Notes: generated by a model not told the origin, from the sequence alone. Positions 30,359 through 41,360 are shown, numbered from the stretch's first letter. The stretch is DNA of 64,000 nucleotides from Acidobacteriota bacterium (GCA_965205505.1 CBDBHB010000009.1:2944001-3008000); one strand, 5' to 3'. Translations and numbers: made by a program.

Positions 30359-30877
30359 GCCAGATAACGGAAGTTTGGAAGGCGAGGTCTTCGAGTGGTC
30401 CTAAACGAGCGAATGTGGCGCTCACGCTCGACGACCGCGCCCCGAGCTCGTGACCGTCGACCCCAGCACCGAGCCCGACCCCAACACCGAGCCCACGCCC
30501 CCCGCGGGCCAGCCGGGGTTCCCGCCGAGATCCAGTATCCGCACCCCAGGGATTTTTGAACACGGCTCACCGCTGGGTAGGGACACAACGCTGCCGCGAT
30601 CAGGGGGGCGGCGGATCTGCCGCCCCCGCCGGGTGGTTCGAGGCGCCCGCCCCGATGGCCACCGGCATGGCGCGGATCACTTCGCCTGAGCCCTTCACCT
30701 AGCGGCCCCCGTGAGAGGCGGTCCCTTCACGCTGCACGTGCCGGGCAGTCGTGGTGGAGCCAGATCTATACTCCGTGCTTCAGGTCCCTTGCTGCGCCGC
30801 AGTCGCTCCCGTCACGGTTCCATCCCTGCGGGAGGGACGCATTGAAAGGGATCCCGGGAATGGGAGGAGGCGAGCGT

Positions 30878-31564
30878 ATGACAGCGCAACGAGAAATACG
30901 CAGATGGATCCGCACGGCGACCACTGTGATCGTGGCGGTCCTCCTCGGTGTCACTGGCCTCCTGGCACAGGAAGATCTCGACGCGCACCGGCGGAGAGCC
31001 GAGCAGGGTGACGCCGAGGCACAGCTCTACCTCGGGCGCATGTACTCCAGGGGCGAACGAGTTCCCCGGGACGACACCGAAGCGATGCGTTGGTACCGCA
31101 TGGCCGCCAGCCAAGGTGACGCAGACGCGCAATACGCCGTTGGGATCAGTTACGTCCTCGGGCATGGCGTACTGCAGGACGACGCCGAGGCTGTGCGTTG
31201 GCTAAGCCTAGCCGCCGAACAAGGTAACCCCGATGGGCAAAACGTTCTCGGAGTCATGTATTCCAGCGGGCGCGGCGTGATTGAGGACGACACCGAGGCC
31301 GTCCGTTGGCATCGCTTGGCCGCTAGCCAAGGCAACGCCGATGCGCAGTTCAACGTCGGGGTTAGTTACGCCAATGGTGCAGGTGTCCTCAAGGATGCCG
31401 TGCTCGCGCACATGTGGTTCAACATCGCCGGTGCCAATGGAAACGAAGACGCCAGAAAACGGCGGGACAACCTGGAGCGTGACATGAGCCGCGCCGAGAT
31501 CAGCCGTGCGACCGAACTGGCCCGGGCGTGCATGGACTCGGACTACCAGGTCTGCGAGCCGTAA
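30878..31564 (+). CDS. Secreted Sel1-repeat protein
   Basis: GGAGG RBS, signal peptide, 4-5 repeats of AEQG.AEAQ..LG.MY..G.GV..D..EA.RW. Confidence 0.9.
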   Translation: MTAQREIRRWIRTATTVIVAVLLGVTGLLAQEDLDAHRRRAEQGDAEAQLYLGRMYSRGERVPRDDTEAMRWYRMAASQGDADAQYAVGISYVLGHGVLQDDAEAVRWLSLAAEQGNPDGQNVLGVMYSSGRGVIEDDTEAVRWHRLAASQGNADAQFNVGVSYANGAGVLKDAVLAHMWFNIAGANGNEDARKRRDNLERDMSRAEISRATELARACMDSDYQVCEP

Positions 31565-31614
31565 GCCGAACCGTTGCGGTGGGCAGCCTAGGTCGAAGAG
31601 GAAAGAAAACGTAG

Positions 31615-32226
31615 ATGAGTGAGGGCAAGACGCTCAGAGAAACCATCGAAGAGGTGTTGGAAGAAGCCTGCAACTACCTGGAGTTGTTTGATGGAGAGAG
31701 CGACAGGGGTGCCGCTGTTCTTGCCGTAGCACTATTCGACGACCGGCTACAAAAAACTATTGAGAAGCGGTTCGTCAACTATGACAATAAAGTACGGAAG
31801 GACGTATTCAGTCGTCCTGGCGCACCACTTAAGCCATTCGCGAACAAGATAGAGCTAGCTTATGTTCTTGGACTCTATGGCCGTAAGATTCGGGATGGTC
31901 TACATGCCGTCCGAGAAATCCGTAACGAATTTGCACACTCGCCCGAACCGATGGGATTCGACCACGAAAAGGTGGTGGCTAGGTGTCGGAAACTCGATGC
32001 GGACATCCAAGATCCTGACAACTTACGCGAGCGGTATCTGACTTACTTGCGGGAGGTTGAACTCAGCTTGAGGCATTCCTACGTGCGGGGCTTGCCGGTT
32101 CCAGTAGAGCGTAGAGATGACCCCGTGGAGTGTCCCAACTGTGGGGGGGGGGAATACGATCAAGCAAAGCTCCCCGTCGCGACCGATGCCCGACGAGCTG
32201 AAGAACGCCGAGAACGTGACTGGTGA
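31615..32226 (+). CDS. MtlR-like HEPN-domain protein
   Basis: ESDRGAAVL and KIELAY.LG motifs, plus RNEFAH (HEPN Rx4H). Confidence 0.75.
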   Translation: MSEGKTLRETIEEVLEEACNYLELFDGESDRGAAVLAVALFDDRLQKTIEKRFVNYDNKVRKDVFSRPGAPLKPFANKIELAYVLGLYGRKIRDGLHAVREIRNEFAHSPEPMGFDHEKVVARCRKLDADIQDPDNLRERYLTYLREVELSLRHSYVRGLPVPVERRDDPVECPNCGGGEYDQAKLPVATDARRAEERRERDW

Positions 32227-32842
32227 TTTAGGCGAGGTGTTCTGTGAGGACTGTGTTGACATATACCCCTGGGTGCACCGCTCCTAGACGGGCACGCGGG
32301 GACGACCCGAGCTCGGCAGCGGGGCTGATTGAGCGAATTCAGCGCGCGCGGGAACTTCCGCTTCCTCGTCTCGTTTGAATCAAGCGGCGCGCTTGCCCCC
32401 TGCTGGAGTCTCTCTGCTTCTACCCGAGTCGCAACCGCCTCCACGGATCCACTGACGCCAGTCTGTCACCGACGGTTGGCCGGCCGAGTTCGCTCGGCGA
32501 CGGGAGGGATCACATAGGACTCCTGACGCTGGGCACCGTCGTGCGATCCACCGGGCTTTCCGGGTCACCAGCGCGGAGCCGACCGGTGGCGCGGCGTCCC
32601 GGCGCGCCCACTAGGATTCTTCCCTGCAGGGTCCACGTGACGGCCATCATGTTCCGCGCCTTGTAGCACGGGAGCGTGGACGCCGCGGCGGCGCGCTGTT
32701 GCGCCATCATGGAAGTTACGAGGCCTGACCGTTGGTGCCCGCCAGCTATAGGTCTCAGGTAGAACGCGAGGCAGGGTCGACTAGATGCGCAAAGTTCCCC
32801 CGGGGCCTCAGCCTTCACGTCGTGTGTGCCGCCAGCCGCACC

Positions 32843-35230
32843 CTAGTCATCGTCCACCAGAAACAGGTCATCCTCGCGCCCACCCGCGTCGTGTCTCCTA
32901 ACGGCCTTTTCGAACGCTGTCAGCACCCTCAATTGGTCGTCGGAGAGCCCCTTCCTGTCGAGAGAAGCGACCTTTTCCTGCAGTGCCTCAACCGGCACGA
33001 ACGGCTCGATGTCGGAGAGTTTCACGTGCCGATGGGACTCGTAGACGTGGTCGCTGCTGACGTACGATTGCACTTCGAATCGCTCCAGAAGCGTCGCGAC
33101 CCCTTCAGGTGTCCCGATCAGCTCTTCGCAGAATCGCCCGGGTTCGTTCGACTCCTCTCCCCATTCGCGCCAGTTGTAGAGAATTGATACGAACTCCTGG
33201 GAGAGGATGAGCGCCCCGTCAGCTGCGGCGTTCTTGATCTTGTCTACACAAAGCTCTTTCAGAGTGCCCATCGCGTCTGGAGTTAAGAAGAGTTCGTCTG
33301 GTTGCGTCTCTTGCCGCTGCAGCTCGCGCGCTACGAACGCAATGGGTAGCTCCAACCCCTCCGTCTCCGTGACAGCGTCAACGATCACCTTTGTGCGTTC
33401 TGCTTCGTTGAACTTGTCCTGCTTGAGGTACCAGTACACGATCCGGTGCGCGTGCATCGGAGCGGATATCCCGAACATCCCAGGGGAATCATCGCCAATG
33501 TCCCCGCTGACATCGAACAGGGCCGTAATGAATGCCCGTGCATGCCTGACATCGATTCTCTGTTTGTAGGCTTCGAGACGCTCCAACGCGGCCTTCAGGC
33601 GGCCATCTCTCGCGATCAGTTTGAGAGCTGTCCGAAACGCAGTCCGGTCGTGTGTTGACGCCAGAAGGTTCACGAGTTCTGTCTCGGAGAGCTGATCCTC
33701 GGGCGTGGTGAGTACAAAATAGCGATCGAAGATATCCTCTGAGCACACCCGGAGGTCACGTTCCCAATTCTCGCCGAATTCAGACCCATAATTGGAACCG
33801 CCCAGAGCCCATTCTGCCGGCGGGAAGAGCTGCTTCACTATCTCTTCCACTTGTGCCTCAAGACCTTCTGACGCGGCCTTAACGATCGCTCGCACCACCT
33901 CGCGTGCTCCGTCGGTCTTGCCCCGTTCTCGCAGTTCGGTAAGAGCTGCTTTGTTTTTGCGAATGAGGCCGTAAACTTCGGGTTCGAACAAGCGAAGAGC
34001 TTCAAGGGCAATGAGGTCAATCGGGTTGACCTCGAAGGCCTGCTCGCTTCTGAAGACTGCGACGTGCAAAGAGAGCGATGACAGGAATCGCTTGACGGTG
34101 CGAAGCGTCTGAAAGTAGGGTGCGAGCCCTCCCAAGAAGAGATTGCCCCATCGTGTTTTGTCGAAGCGCTGAGCGACTTTGGCATCCGCCAGGCACTCAT
34201 TCAACCCGTCAGAAAGGACGCGCCGAAGCTTGATGGGCTCGACGGCGGGGATGTCGAATGGCACCTGAACTACCTTCTCCAAATACTTTCGGCCAGGCAT
34301 ACTGAGGGCCTTCGTGATGTTTTTCTCGACCGTCTCTCGATCGAAAAGCACGAGGTAGACGAGATTCGGGAAATCTGCATTTGCCTTGATGAGCTGCAGC
34401 ATCTCCGCCGTCTCCTCTGGCGTAAGCCGGTCGATGTCGTCGATGATCACGAGAAGTGGCCAGGAGAGGCCCCCAAGGTCTCTGGCGATCTCGTCACGGA
34501 CCTCTTCGAGACTCTTCTGCGCGCTGCTGCCACCGGCAGCAAGGAAGCCCTGAACAGCTTCGGCAAATCTCGAGGAGAACGCCAGGAACATTCCAACGAA
34601 GGCAAGCCCCACAGCCACAGCGCGAGTGATCCGGTTCGCAACGAACTCGCTGGCCCCGAGGGCCGCCGCAAACAGGACGAACACGATGGCGAGTCGCCCT
34701 GCGTTCGCCACTAAGTCGCTGCCGCCCCGCAGTAAGGCAGCGTATCGGTGCCAGCGGGCAGCGAGTCTTGCGCGGCCCCCGAACGTCCGGCGAGGCCCGC
34801 GGCCGATACCGATCCCAACTTGGTCGAAGAAGGCTTGCGTCAGCAGTTCGCGGTTCGCGAACTGCCACGGATTGAATTCGACGACCCGTACCGGCTTCGC
34901 TGATGCTTCCTTCAGGGTCTCGCAGACCATGTTCTTGACGGACGACTTCCCACTTCCCCACCCTCCACAGAGTCCAATGACCAGGCTTTCTCGGCCACGC
35001 CAGCCGCTGATGGCTCTCGAGATGGCGGCGGCAAACTCAGCGCGGCCGAGCCGGTCGTCGGCTCGGCTCTGAATCGGTCGGTCGTCGGCAAAGTGAAATG
35101 ACATCCTCTGGTCGTTCTCTCCACCGCTCATATCTGCAACTTTCGTCTTCATCCTTCTGCTACTTTCAGGACGAGGCTGACGAGTCCGTCTAACCGAAGC
35201 AAGCTGCCAATGTGCTTGCATAGTAGACAA
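32843..35230 (-). CDS. KAP-family P-loop NTPase (true start probably near 35105-35151)
   Basis: DRLGR, GGWGSGKSS, FNPW, two TM helices, IIDDIDRL and YLEKVVQVPF. Confidence 0.9.
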   Translation of the reverse strand: MSTMQAHWQLASVRRTRQPRPESSRRMKTKVADMSGGENDQRMSFHFADDRPIQSRADDRLGRAEFAAAISRAISGWRGRESLVIGLCGGWGSGKSSVKNMVCETLKEASAKPVRVVEFNPWQFANRELLTQAFFDQVGIGIGRGPRRTFGGRARLAARWHRYAALLRGGSDLVANAGRLAIVFVLFAAALGASEFVANRITRAVAVGLAFVGMFLAFSSRFAEAVQGFLAAGGSSAQKSLEEVRDEIARDLGGLSWPLLVIIDDIDRLTPEETAEMLQLIKANADFPNLVYLVLFDRETVEKNITKALSMPGRKYLEKVVQVPFDIPAVEPIKLRRVLSDGLNECLADAKVAQRFDKTRWGNLFLGGLAPYFQTLRTVKRFLSSLSLHVAVFRSEQAFEVNPIDLIALEALRLFEPEVYGLIRKNKAALTELRERGKTDGAREVVRAIVKAASEGLEAQVEEIVKQLFPPAEWALGGSNYGSEFGENWERDLRVCSEDIFDRYFVLTTPEDQLSETELVNLLASTHDRTAFRTALKLIARDGRLKAALERLEAYKQRIDVRHARAFITALFDVSGDIGDDSPGMFGISAPMHAHRIVYWYLKQDKFNEAERTKVIVDAVTETEGLELPIAFVARELQRQETQPDELFLTPDAMGTLKELCVDKIKNAAADGALILSQEFVSILYNWREWGEESNEPGRFCEELIGTPEGVATLLERFEVQSYVSSDHVYESHRHVKLSDIEPFVPVEALQEKVASLDRKGLSDDQLRVLTAFEKAVRRHDAGGREDDLFLVDDD

Positions 35231-35402
35231 GGCAGCGGACTCTGACGCAGTTGGGCCGGGCGCCGCTGATCCCGTGGGATCACTGCACCACGTCGAGGCT
35301 CTCGGCCTGCCGAATCGTCCGGTCGTGTGACTGCTGCATCTAGTTGATGACTGCGTTCACGTCGATAACAGTCAGCCGAGAGAGGGCTAGTGGGGCAAGC
35401 CG

Positions 35403-35729
35403 ATGAAGGTGAAGGTCTACCACACGCGGTTTAACGACGGCGCGGTCCGCGTCGTCGAGGTGTCTCCAGGCGAGTCGATCGTGACGACCCTGGAGCGGGT
35501 TTTCCTGGCGGCGCAGAAGGACATGATGCGGGGCGCAGGCGAGGCCGATCTTCCTCCGATGTGTATCGGCGATGTCTGCGAGGTGCGCGGCATCCTGTAC
35601 CGTGTGGCGCCTTGCGGATGGCTCGAGCTGGGCGACGACGAGAAGGCGACGGACAAGCTGGGGATGGACGCCGAGGACGCGGCACACGATCACCGGCCGA
35701 CGCGGAAGTTCCGCGGCAGCGGGATGTGA
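35403..35729 (+). CDS. Small hypothetical protein, YodL-like
   Basis: PMCIGDV.EV.G..YRV...GW resembles the YodL-type SLSVGDVV motif. Confidence 0.5.
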   Translation: MKVKVYHTRFNDGAVRVVEVSPGESIVTTLERVFLAAQKDMMRGAGEADLPPMCIGDVCEVRGILYRVAPCGWLELGDDEKATDKLGMDAEDAAHDHRPTRKFRGSGM

Positions 35730-35965
35730 GAACCGCGGGCGGCGCGAACCAGTGCCCGGGTGGCTCAGCGTGCTGCGTCGATGCGCTAGGACGCCGAACG
35801 AATCTCAGCTTCCTACCTGCTTCGTCGAAAGCGTACTCTGTGCACCGGGCGGACACACACCCTGTGGGGGCTGCTCGAAGCTAGGCGCTGACGAGCTCCG
35901 GCCCGAGCGGGAGGTTACCCGAGGCTTGTGTCACGCGACGAGGCCCGAACGAGGAGACACACGCA

Positions 35966-36487
35966 TTGGCTGATTCGACGTGGCTCGAGAAAATCCTTAG
36001 CTGCCTCGAAATCCAAAAAAATCCCTGGGTGACGGGTCCGCTTACCGTAGCTTCTTTCTTGTTCTGGCAGCTGGTGCGCACCGATGTTATTCCGACGCCG
36101 GATAGTCCGTTGTGGGAAACCGGACCAGTGTTAGCGATGCTGATCTTCGGGGCTCGATTCGTTGGGAGCCTCGGAGAGAAACAGATAACACCGAGGATAA
36201 ACCGTCGCCGCGAGCAGAAGAGCGCTGAGGCTTCCATGGCGCACATGACCGAGAGAGAGAAAAAGCTCATTGGAAGCTTGCTCCACGGCGAAGAGAGGGT
36301 GCTTCGTGCATTAGAAACCGACCGACGCGCTCTGCGACTAGTCGAAATTGGGATCATGAAGATCATCAAGAAAGACGACCGCCTACCGGCAAAAGTCTCG
36401 GCTAACTGGACGTTTTCTGTGCCAGAGCATATCTGGGAAGTATTGGAGAGGAATCGCGACTCATTCCCCAAACCCGAGCCGCCGTAG
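35966..36487 (+). CDS. SieB-like (superinfection exclusion) membrane protein
   Basis: Two N-terminal TM segments, then MTEREKKLI...LRLVEIGIM...FSVPEHIWEVL. Confidence 0.55.
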   Translation: MADSTWLEKILSCLEIQKNPWVTGPLTVASFLFWQLVRTDVIPTPDSPLWETGPVLAMLIFGARFVGSLGEKQITPRINRRREQKSAEASMAHMTEREKKLIGSLLHGEERVLRALETDRRALRLVEIGIMKIIKKDDRLPAKVSANWTFSVPEHIWEVLERNRDSFPKPEPP

Positions 36488-36888
36488 ATCACACGTTGTG
36501 AGCGGCGCGCCGCCCCCGAAAGTAGTGCAGCCGCGGCAGCCGAGGGATACAGACCCCGTCGTTTCGACACCATCCACCCAGCCATCGGAGCGCTCGGATA
36601 ATCGCGTATCGGAACCAGAATCGCTTGTACGGGCCGCGAAGATCTCGAACGGCTTCAATCCCGCGAAGGGCTCGACGGCCGTCACGCGGCGGTCTCGTGC
36701 CAGCGGCGGCGCTTCACGCGATGTCGTCGTCGAGCGCGGCCAGCAGGCGCTCGTCATGGCGTCCCAGAGCGACCACGAGCGCGCCGCGAAGCAGCTCACC
36801 CGCGGTCACGTCGGCCGGCGTCGGCTTTGGCTTCGAGGCACACCGGCGGCGGCGGGGATCGAACGGCACCAAGACCCCGCGGCCGGCG

Positions 36889-37299
36889 TCATCGTCCCGG
36901 TGCTCGGTCATGGCAGCGACTCCGGCTTCGGGCGCTCGAAGCCCCACACGGCCATGAGCGCGTCCGCTTCGCGCTCGCGGCGGTCATGCGTCGGCGCCAT
37001 TGCAACACCGCGGGCCGGTGCTCAGGCTTCACGTCGTCAACTGACGTTTCGCGTAAAGTGTGCGCCTCGAACGAATCGGACAACGGCTCCGTCGGCTCGC
37101 GTATCAGCCATGCGTGCGCCACCTCGTGTGCGACAAGCTGCGGCAGCGACGTGTCAACCGTGGCCCATGCACCGAGCACGACGAACCACGGCCGGGCCGC
37201 GTCGAATGCGGGCGCCGCTCCGGCCCACCCGCGCACCTGCGAGCCGACGCCCAAAAAGGTCACGCGGTCGAGCAAGTACCTCACGACGGGCGGCGGCAA
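36889..37299 (-). pseudogene. HExxH metallopeptidase-like fragment
   Basis: LVAHEVAHAWL motif, no clean start codon. Confidence 0.35.
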
Positions 37300-37596
37300 C
37301 GTCGCGATAGACGTCCATCCTCAACTTCGTCGACGACAGCACGGCGCACACGGCCACCCCGATCCGGCGAGGCTATCGGCGGCCCGTAGCGACGGATCTG
37401 GAGCCATTCATGCAGATATTCGACTGATGTCCATCCCGGCATTCGGACGCGCGGGATCGAAGGTCGCTAGGAAGCTGGCGTCAGCCCACGTTGTGAGTAG
37501 CGGGACGATCTAGAGTCAGAGTGGTCCTACTCGCGCGGCCAGCGGCTGCGCGGAGGCTGCAGACATCGCCCTGCCGAACAGCGACCAGCTTCACCG

Positions 37597-38694
37597 CTAC
37601 AGCTCGGAATCTCCCGGCACACCTCCCTCGGTCACGCTTTCGGCCGACATGTTCGCTCTCCAGCCGGACACGACAGCGGCCAGGAAGGGCTGCAAGTGCT
37701 GCTTGAGTGCCTCCCACTCAGCCTCGGACACTCGAACCTCTAGCGCATAGTTCTTCGAGCGACTTTTTGCCCCGTGAACTGCCGCCTCAAACGACGCAGC
37801 CGCTTCGGCACCCGCGGCCTGCGAAGCGCGAGGATAGAAGCACAGCGACAAACCGTGGGCCGGCGTCTGCAGTACGTACAGCGTTGCGTAACTCCGCGAA
37901 GTTGGCCTTCCTTCATCCGTGACGGCCTGCAAGCTAAAGGAGTAAGCTGTCTTTCCGGGCCAACAGTAAGCACCCAGCCCCTTCTCGACGAACGCGCGGA
38001 CTTTCTCAAGAAGGTCCAGCAACCCAAGCTCCTTGGCTCGGCCCCGCAGGACCTCCAGGTTGCCCTCCTTCGTCGCCACAGCTCCGTGCTCTCGCACCAA
38101 GCGTCCGACGCTCGGCGTCACCGACTCACGGGCCAAGAACAACTTGTCGTCTTGATGGAAGCCATAGAATGTCAAAAGCTGAATATCGGTACCCCGCTCA
38201 GCCAGAAACTCCACGATTCGCCGAGCCCTGTCATCAGCCCCGAGTCCCAGCAAGACGATCCGTGGAGCTTCGGAGAGCGCGTCGGTCGAGCCGGGGTATT
38301 CTTGGCTGTACCAGTCTCCGAAGTCCTCGATCTTGTCGATACCAAGGCGGCCGGAGTACTCGCGAACGAGGGCAGCCAGCCGCTCGAATTCGTAGGCCCC
38401 CAAATCCGATGCGTAGTCCAGCGCTTGGGCAACGGCGTCGCGCGTTAGCGTCCCTCGCTTTAGTTCGAACACCGTCAAACGGCCATTTTGGTCAACGCCC
38501 AGCAAGTCCAAAGGGCCGCCGTCAGTGGGCACCTGTCGACCGATCAACTGCAGACCGGGCTCTAGGAGTTCCGGAGATCCAACCAGGATGTTCTCCAACC
38601 GCTGCTCCGTCTCGGTAGTTGCAACCTCGTCCACCGGCACAGCAGACACTGTCGCGCCATCCTGTCCTACTGACCACAGCTGAATCCGCTTCAC
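37597..38694 (-). CDS. NucS/DUF91-like endonuclease-domain protein
   Basis: EQRLE, IGRQVPTDGGPLDLLGVD, VFELKRG and AVAQALDY. Confidence 0.82.
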   Translation of the reverse strand: MKRIQLWSVGQDGATVSAVPVDEVATTETEQRLENILVGSPELLEPGLQLIGRQVPTDGGPLDLLGVDQNGRLTVFELKRGTLTRDAVAQALDYASDLGAYEFERLAALVREYSGRLGIDKIEDFGDWYSQEYPGSTDALSEAPRIVLLGLGADDRARRIVEFLAERGTDIQLLTFYGFHQDDKLFLARESVTPSVGRLVREHGAVATKEGNLEVLRGRAKELGLLDLLEKVRAFVEKGLGAYCWPGKTAYSFSLQAVTDEGRPTSRSYATLYVLQTPAHGLSLCFYPRASQAAGAEAAASFEAAVHGAKSRSKNYALEVRVSEAEWEALKQHLQPFLAAVVSGWRANMSAESVTEGGVPGDSEL

Positions 38695-38824
38695 AGCTTC
38701 ACCATTTCTATCGACTCGGCTCTCGTGCGATGGACAGTGATACGCGACGAACTACGAGGACACCTCGTCGGCCGAATCATCGCCACAGAGTTCATAGAGC
38801 CCCTGTCGAACCCTGCACGACTAC

Positions 38825-39075
38825 GTGACGGCCTTCAAGTCTTCATCTTTGGGTTGCCACGGCACTAGGACTCTGCGATGCCCACCGGTTGCCCTTCCCG
38901 GCGCAGCTACACCGAATGGAGAACGAACAGTCCGGACTCCACGGTGGACCTCTGCGCCCAGCTCTGCCTCGCGACGGGTAACGAAAAACGGTCCTGCCAA
39001 GCCTCATCGTAGCTTTAACCTTGACACACAAGCCCCGGCTGCCCTTCGTGCAGTGTAGATCGTACGAATGCGTGC
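38825..39075 (-). pseudogene. DUF3883 (NO VEIN C-terminal)-like remnant
   Basis: SYDLHCTKG..LCVKVKAT..G..VF, in a degraded frame. Confidence 0.4.
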
Positions 39076-39086
39076 GATATCCATCA

Positions 39087-40125
39087 TCAACCCGCCCGCC
39101 GCTCCTTCGACCGCGCCCGGCGCCGGCCACCGCGGCCCGGCTGCGGCCGCGACGGCGAGGCCACGATTGGGCGCAGGCCGGCCCGGCCGATCGTCGCATG
39201 GACACGGCGCCCCCGTTGGGTCCGAACCCACGAATAGACCACGTCTGTCCGGTGACCGGCCGAGTCGATAAAGGTCGCAGATATCGGCAGCCGGTCGCCA
39301 CCCTTGTGGCGGTATTCCTCCCCGAGTTGCGCGTCGAGCATCGCCCACGGCTCCGACCGCGAGGTGTCCCCGCCGAATTCGTGTCGATCAAGCAACCATG
39401 ATTCTTCTCCCGGCCCCCAACCTACGACAAGCGCCTCCAAGCGACGTCCTGGACGTCGACGCCCATTGTCACAAACGTCACCCCGGAGGGCGCCGGTGCT
39501 TCGTACTCTTCGCGTCGCATCAATACCCGATCGGGCTCGACTCTCTCTCCGGCGTCATGTTCCACAGGCTCCCCGAGAGTCGTGTTCTGCCAGGTATGCA
39601 TGACTGACCGGTCCCCAGCCTCTGACGCTTCACGCGCCGCCAGAAACCCCGCCACAATCGAGCGCAGGCTCGAGAATGGGGAATATGCTTCCCACACGTG
39701 GAACGAAACCAGCCCCGGAGTTTTCGCCACCGCCGTGGCGCGCCACTCCCCACCCGCGAGCGCAGTGACCCGTTGGGCGTCCGTCATTGACCCGTCGCAA
39801 CCATCGCAAGCGAGCACAGCCGTAGACGGGTCCCCATCGGCCCACCGCACCCGCGCCCACGTGTACGGCGCCGCATGGCCACAGAGCGCGCACGGCACGA
39901 AACATCGCCGCTGGTCACCCCGTTCGTACCAAGTTTGAATTGTTACCCCGACCATGGTCGGCGAGGAGATCAACAGAACCCGCCGCCGGCCAGCGGGCCC
40001 GACGGAACGATCAGCTCCGCGTCGCAGAACGCCGAGACCCGATAATCCGGCGGCAGCCGGTAGACCTCGCGCCAGGACGCGGCGAGGCTATCAATCGGGG
40101 CATGGAACGTAGGCCCGGAACTCAC
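39087..40125 (-). pseudogene. Lambda GpA-type terminase large subunit with the ATPase domain deleted
   Basis: The GTG start overlaps the terS stop. About 50 aa of N-terminus jumps to ISSPT..GDQRR..VPC..CG, YSPF, NT.LGEP, GVDVQD and IDSAG, with frameshifts. Confidence 0.85.
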
Positions 40126-41327
40126 TTCCGCGCCTTCGGCTTCCGTTTCGCCTTCGCTGGACGTCCGGGCCGAACGTCCACCCCCCGCGCCTTCGCCTTT
40201 CGTTTTGTCGCCCGTTTTCGACTGGTCGGCGCCTTTGAGCCTTTCGCCCGGCGCTTTGACCGTGCAGCCGGAGGGGCCTTTACGGTCGCGGGCGGGTCGT
40301 CGTTTCCGTCCGCGAGCTCCTCGAGCACTTGCCGGATTAGCGCCTCCATGGCCCCCCGGGTCGCGGCATCGAGGCTGAGGACGTCCGGCAGCGACGCGAG
40401 CTTCGTCCGCACCGCGGCCGCATGGCCGCTCCATTCGGCGATGACTTCATCCTTCGCTACGAGCTCGCCGGCCCGGACTTTCAGCGTTTGCTCCGCAAGG
40501 TAGCGCTGCGCTCGCTCCTTCAGCGCCCGCTCCCGTACCGGGTCCAGGAACTCGCGCACCGTCCGGCCCTGTATCTTCGCCTCGTGCTCCGCTAGCCACC
40601 GCTCGACATCCTCGAGCCGGTAGCCGTGGGGCGCCCCCCGCGCACCGCGCCGAGCGACCGGCATCCCGGCATCGACCAGCTTGTTAATCTGCTTAGCACT
40701 CCGGCCGAGCGCCGCCGCGAGCTGCGCCCGTTTGAGCAACTTCTCGACGCCGAGAATCTGCTCGGTATGAGGACGCGCCAAGAACGTCCCGCCGTCGAAG
40801 GCCTCGCTCGGCCGCTGCAACTTCCAGAGTTCCTCGACGGCCGCGAGGTACTCCCGCGGCATATCGCCACCGGCGAATAGCGTGAAATTCTCGAGGCGCT
40901 TGTTGGCGTTCAGGTTGGCCGATGTGGTGTACAGCACGTCGAGCTTTCCCCCGAGCACGAGCACAAACTTCGCGTGTGAGTTCCACACCCGGAGCGCCTG
41001 GTCGCCGAATAGCTGGCGGGCGCGGCCACAGTAACGCGGCTGCCTCGCTTCGAACGACCGGTCAACGAGTAGCCGTAGCGTTCGGATGCTCCCATTCTGT
41101 AGCAGCCCCTCGGCCCGCTCGATGTCGGCGTTCGCGGCCGTCCAGGTCGAGACCGTGACGTCACTTGGCCCGCACCGTGCGAGCAGTTCTTCTATCCCAT
41201 CGATCAGCGACCAAGTCCCATCGGAGAGGCCGTGGATTGAGCAACCATCCGCGAGGCCTTCGAAGGCTTCCGACGGCCCCTTGCTGTTGCGTCCGACCCA
41301 CGCCGTCCGTTCTTGACCTTTCGACAA
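40122..41327 (-). CDS. PLD-like domain fused to Nu1-like terminase small subunit
   Basis: N-terminal NSHAKFVL...TTSANLNAN.RLE; C-terminal wHTH (AQLAAALGRS..QINKLVDAGMP..Y.LEDV..W), coiled coil and GELV. Confidence 0.75.
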   Translation of the reverse strand: MSKGQERTAWVGRNSKGPSEAFEGLADGCSIHGLSDGTWSLIDGIEELLARCGPSDVTVSTWTAANADIERAEGLLQNGSIRTLRLLVDRSFEARQPRYCGRARQLFGDQALRVWNSHAKFVLVLGGKLDVLYTTSANLNANKRLENFTLFAGGDMPREYLAAVEELWKLQRPSEAFDGGTFLARPHTEQILGVEKLLKRAQLAAALGRSAKQINKLVDAGMPVARRGARGAPHGYRLEDVERWLAEHEAKIQGRTVREFLDPVRERALKERAQRYLAEQTLKVRAGELVAKDEVIAEWSGHAAAVRTKLASLPDVLSLDAATRGAMEALIRQVLEELADGNDDPPATVKAPPAARSKRRAKGSKAPTSRKRATKRKAKARGVDVRPGRPAKAKRKPKARK

Positions 41328-41360
41328 CCCTTAACCCTCTAGGGACGTACTAAAAACTGA

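Noticed and set aside
30450-30700. Short repeats (CACCGAGCCC twice) and a possible second packaging-site-like stretch
   Set aside because: Only two short copies and no adjacent packaging gene, so it is too weak to call.
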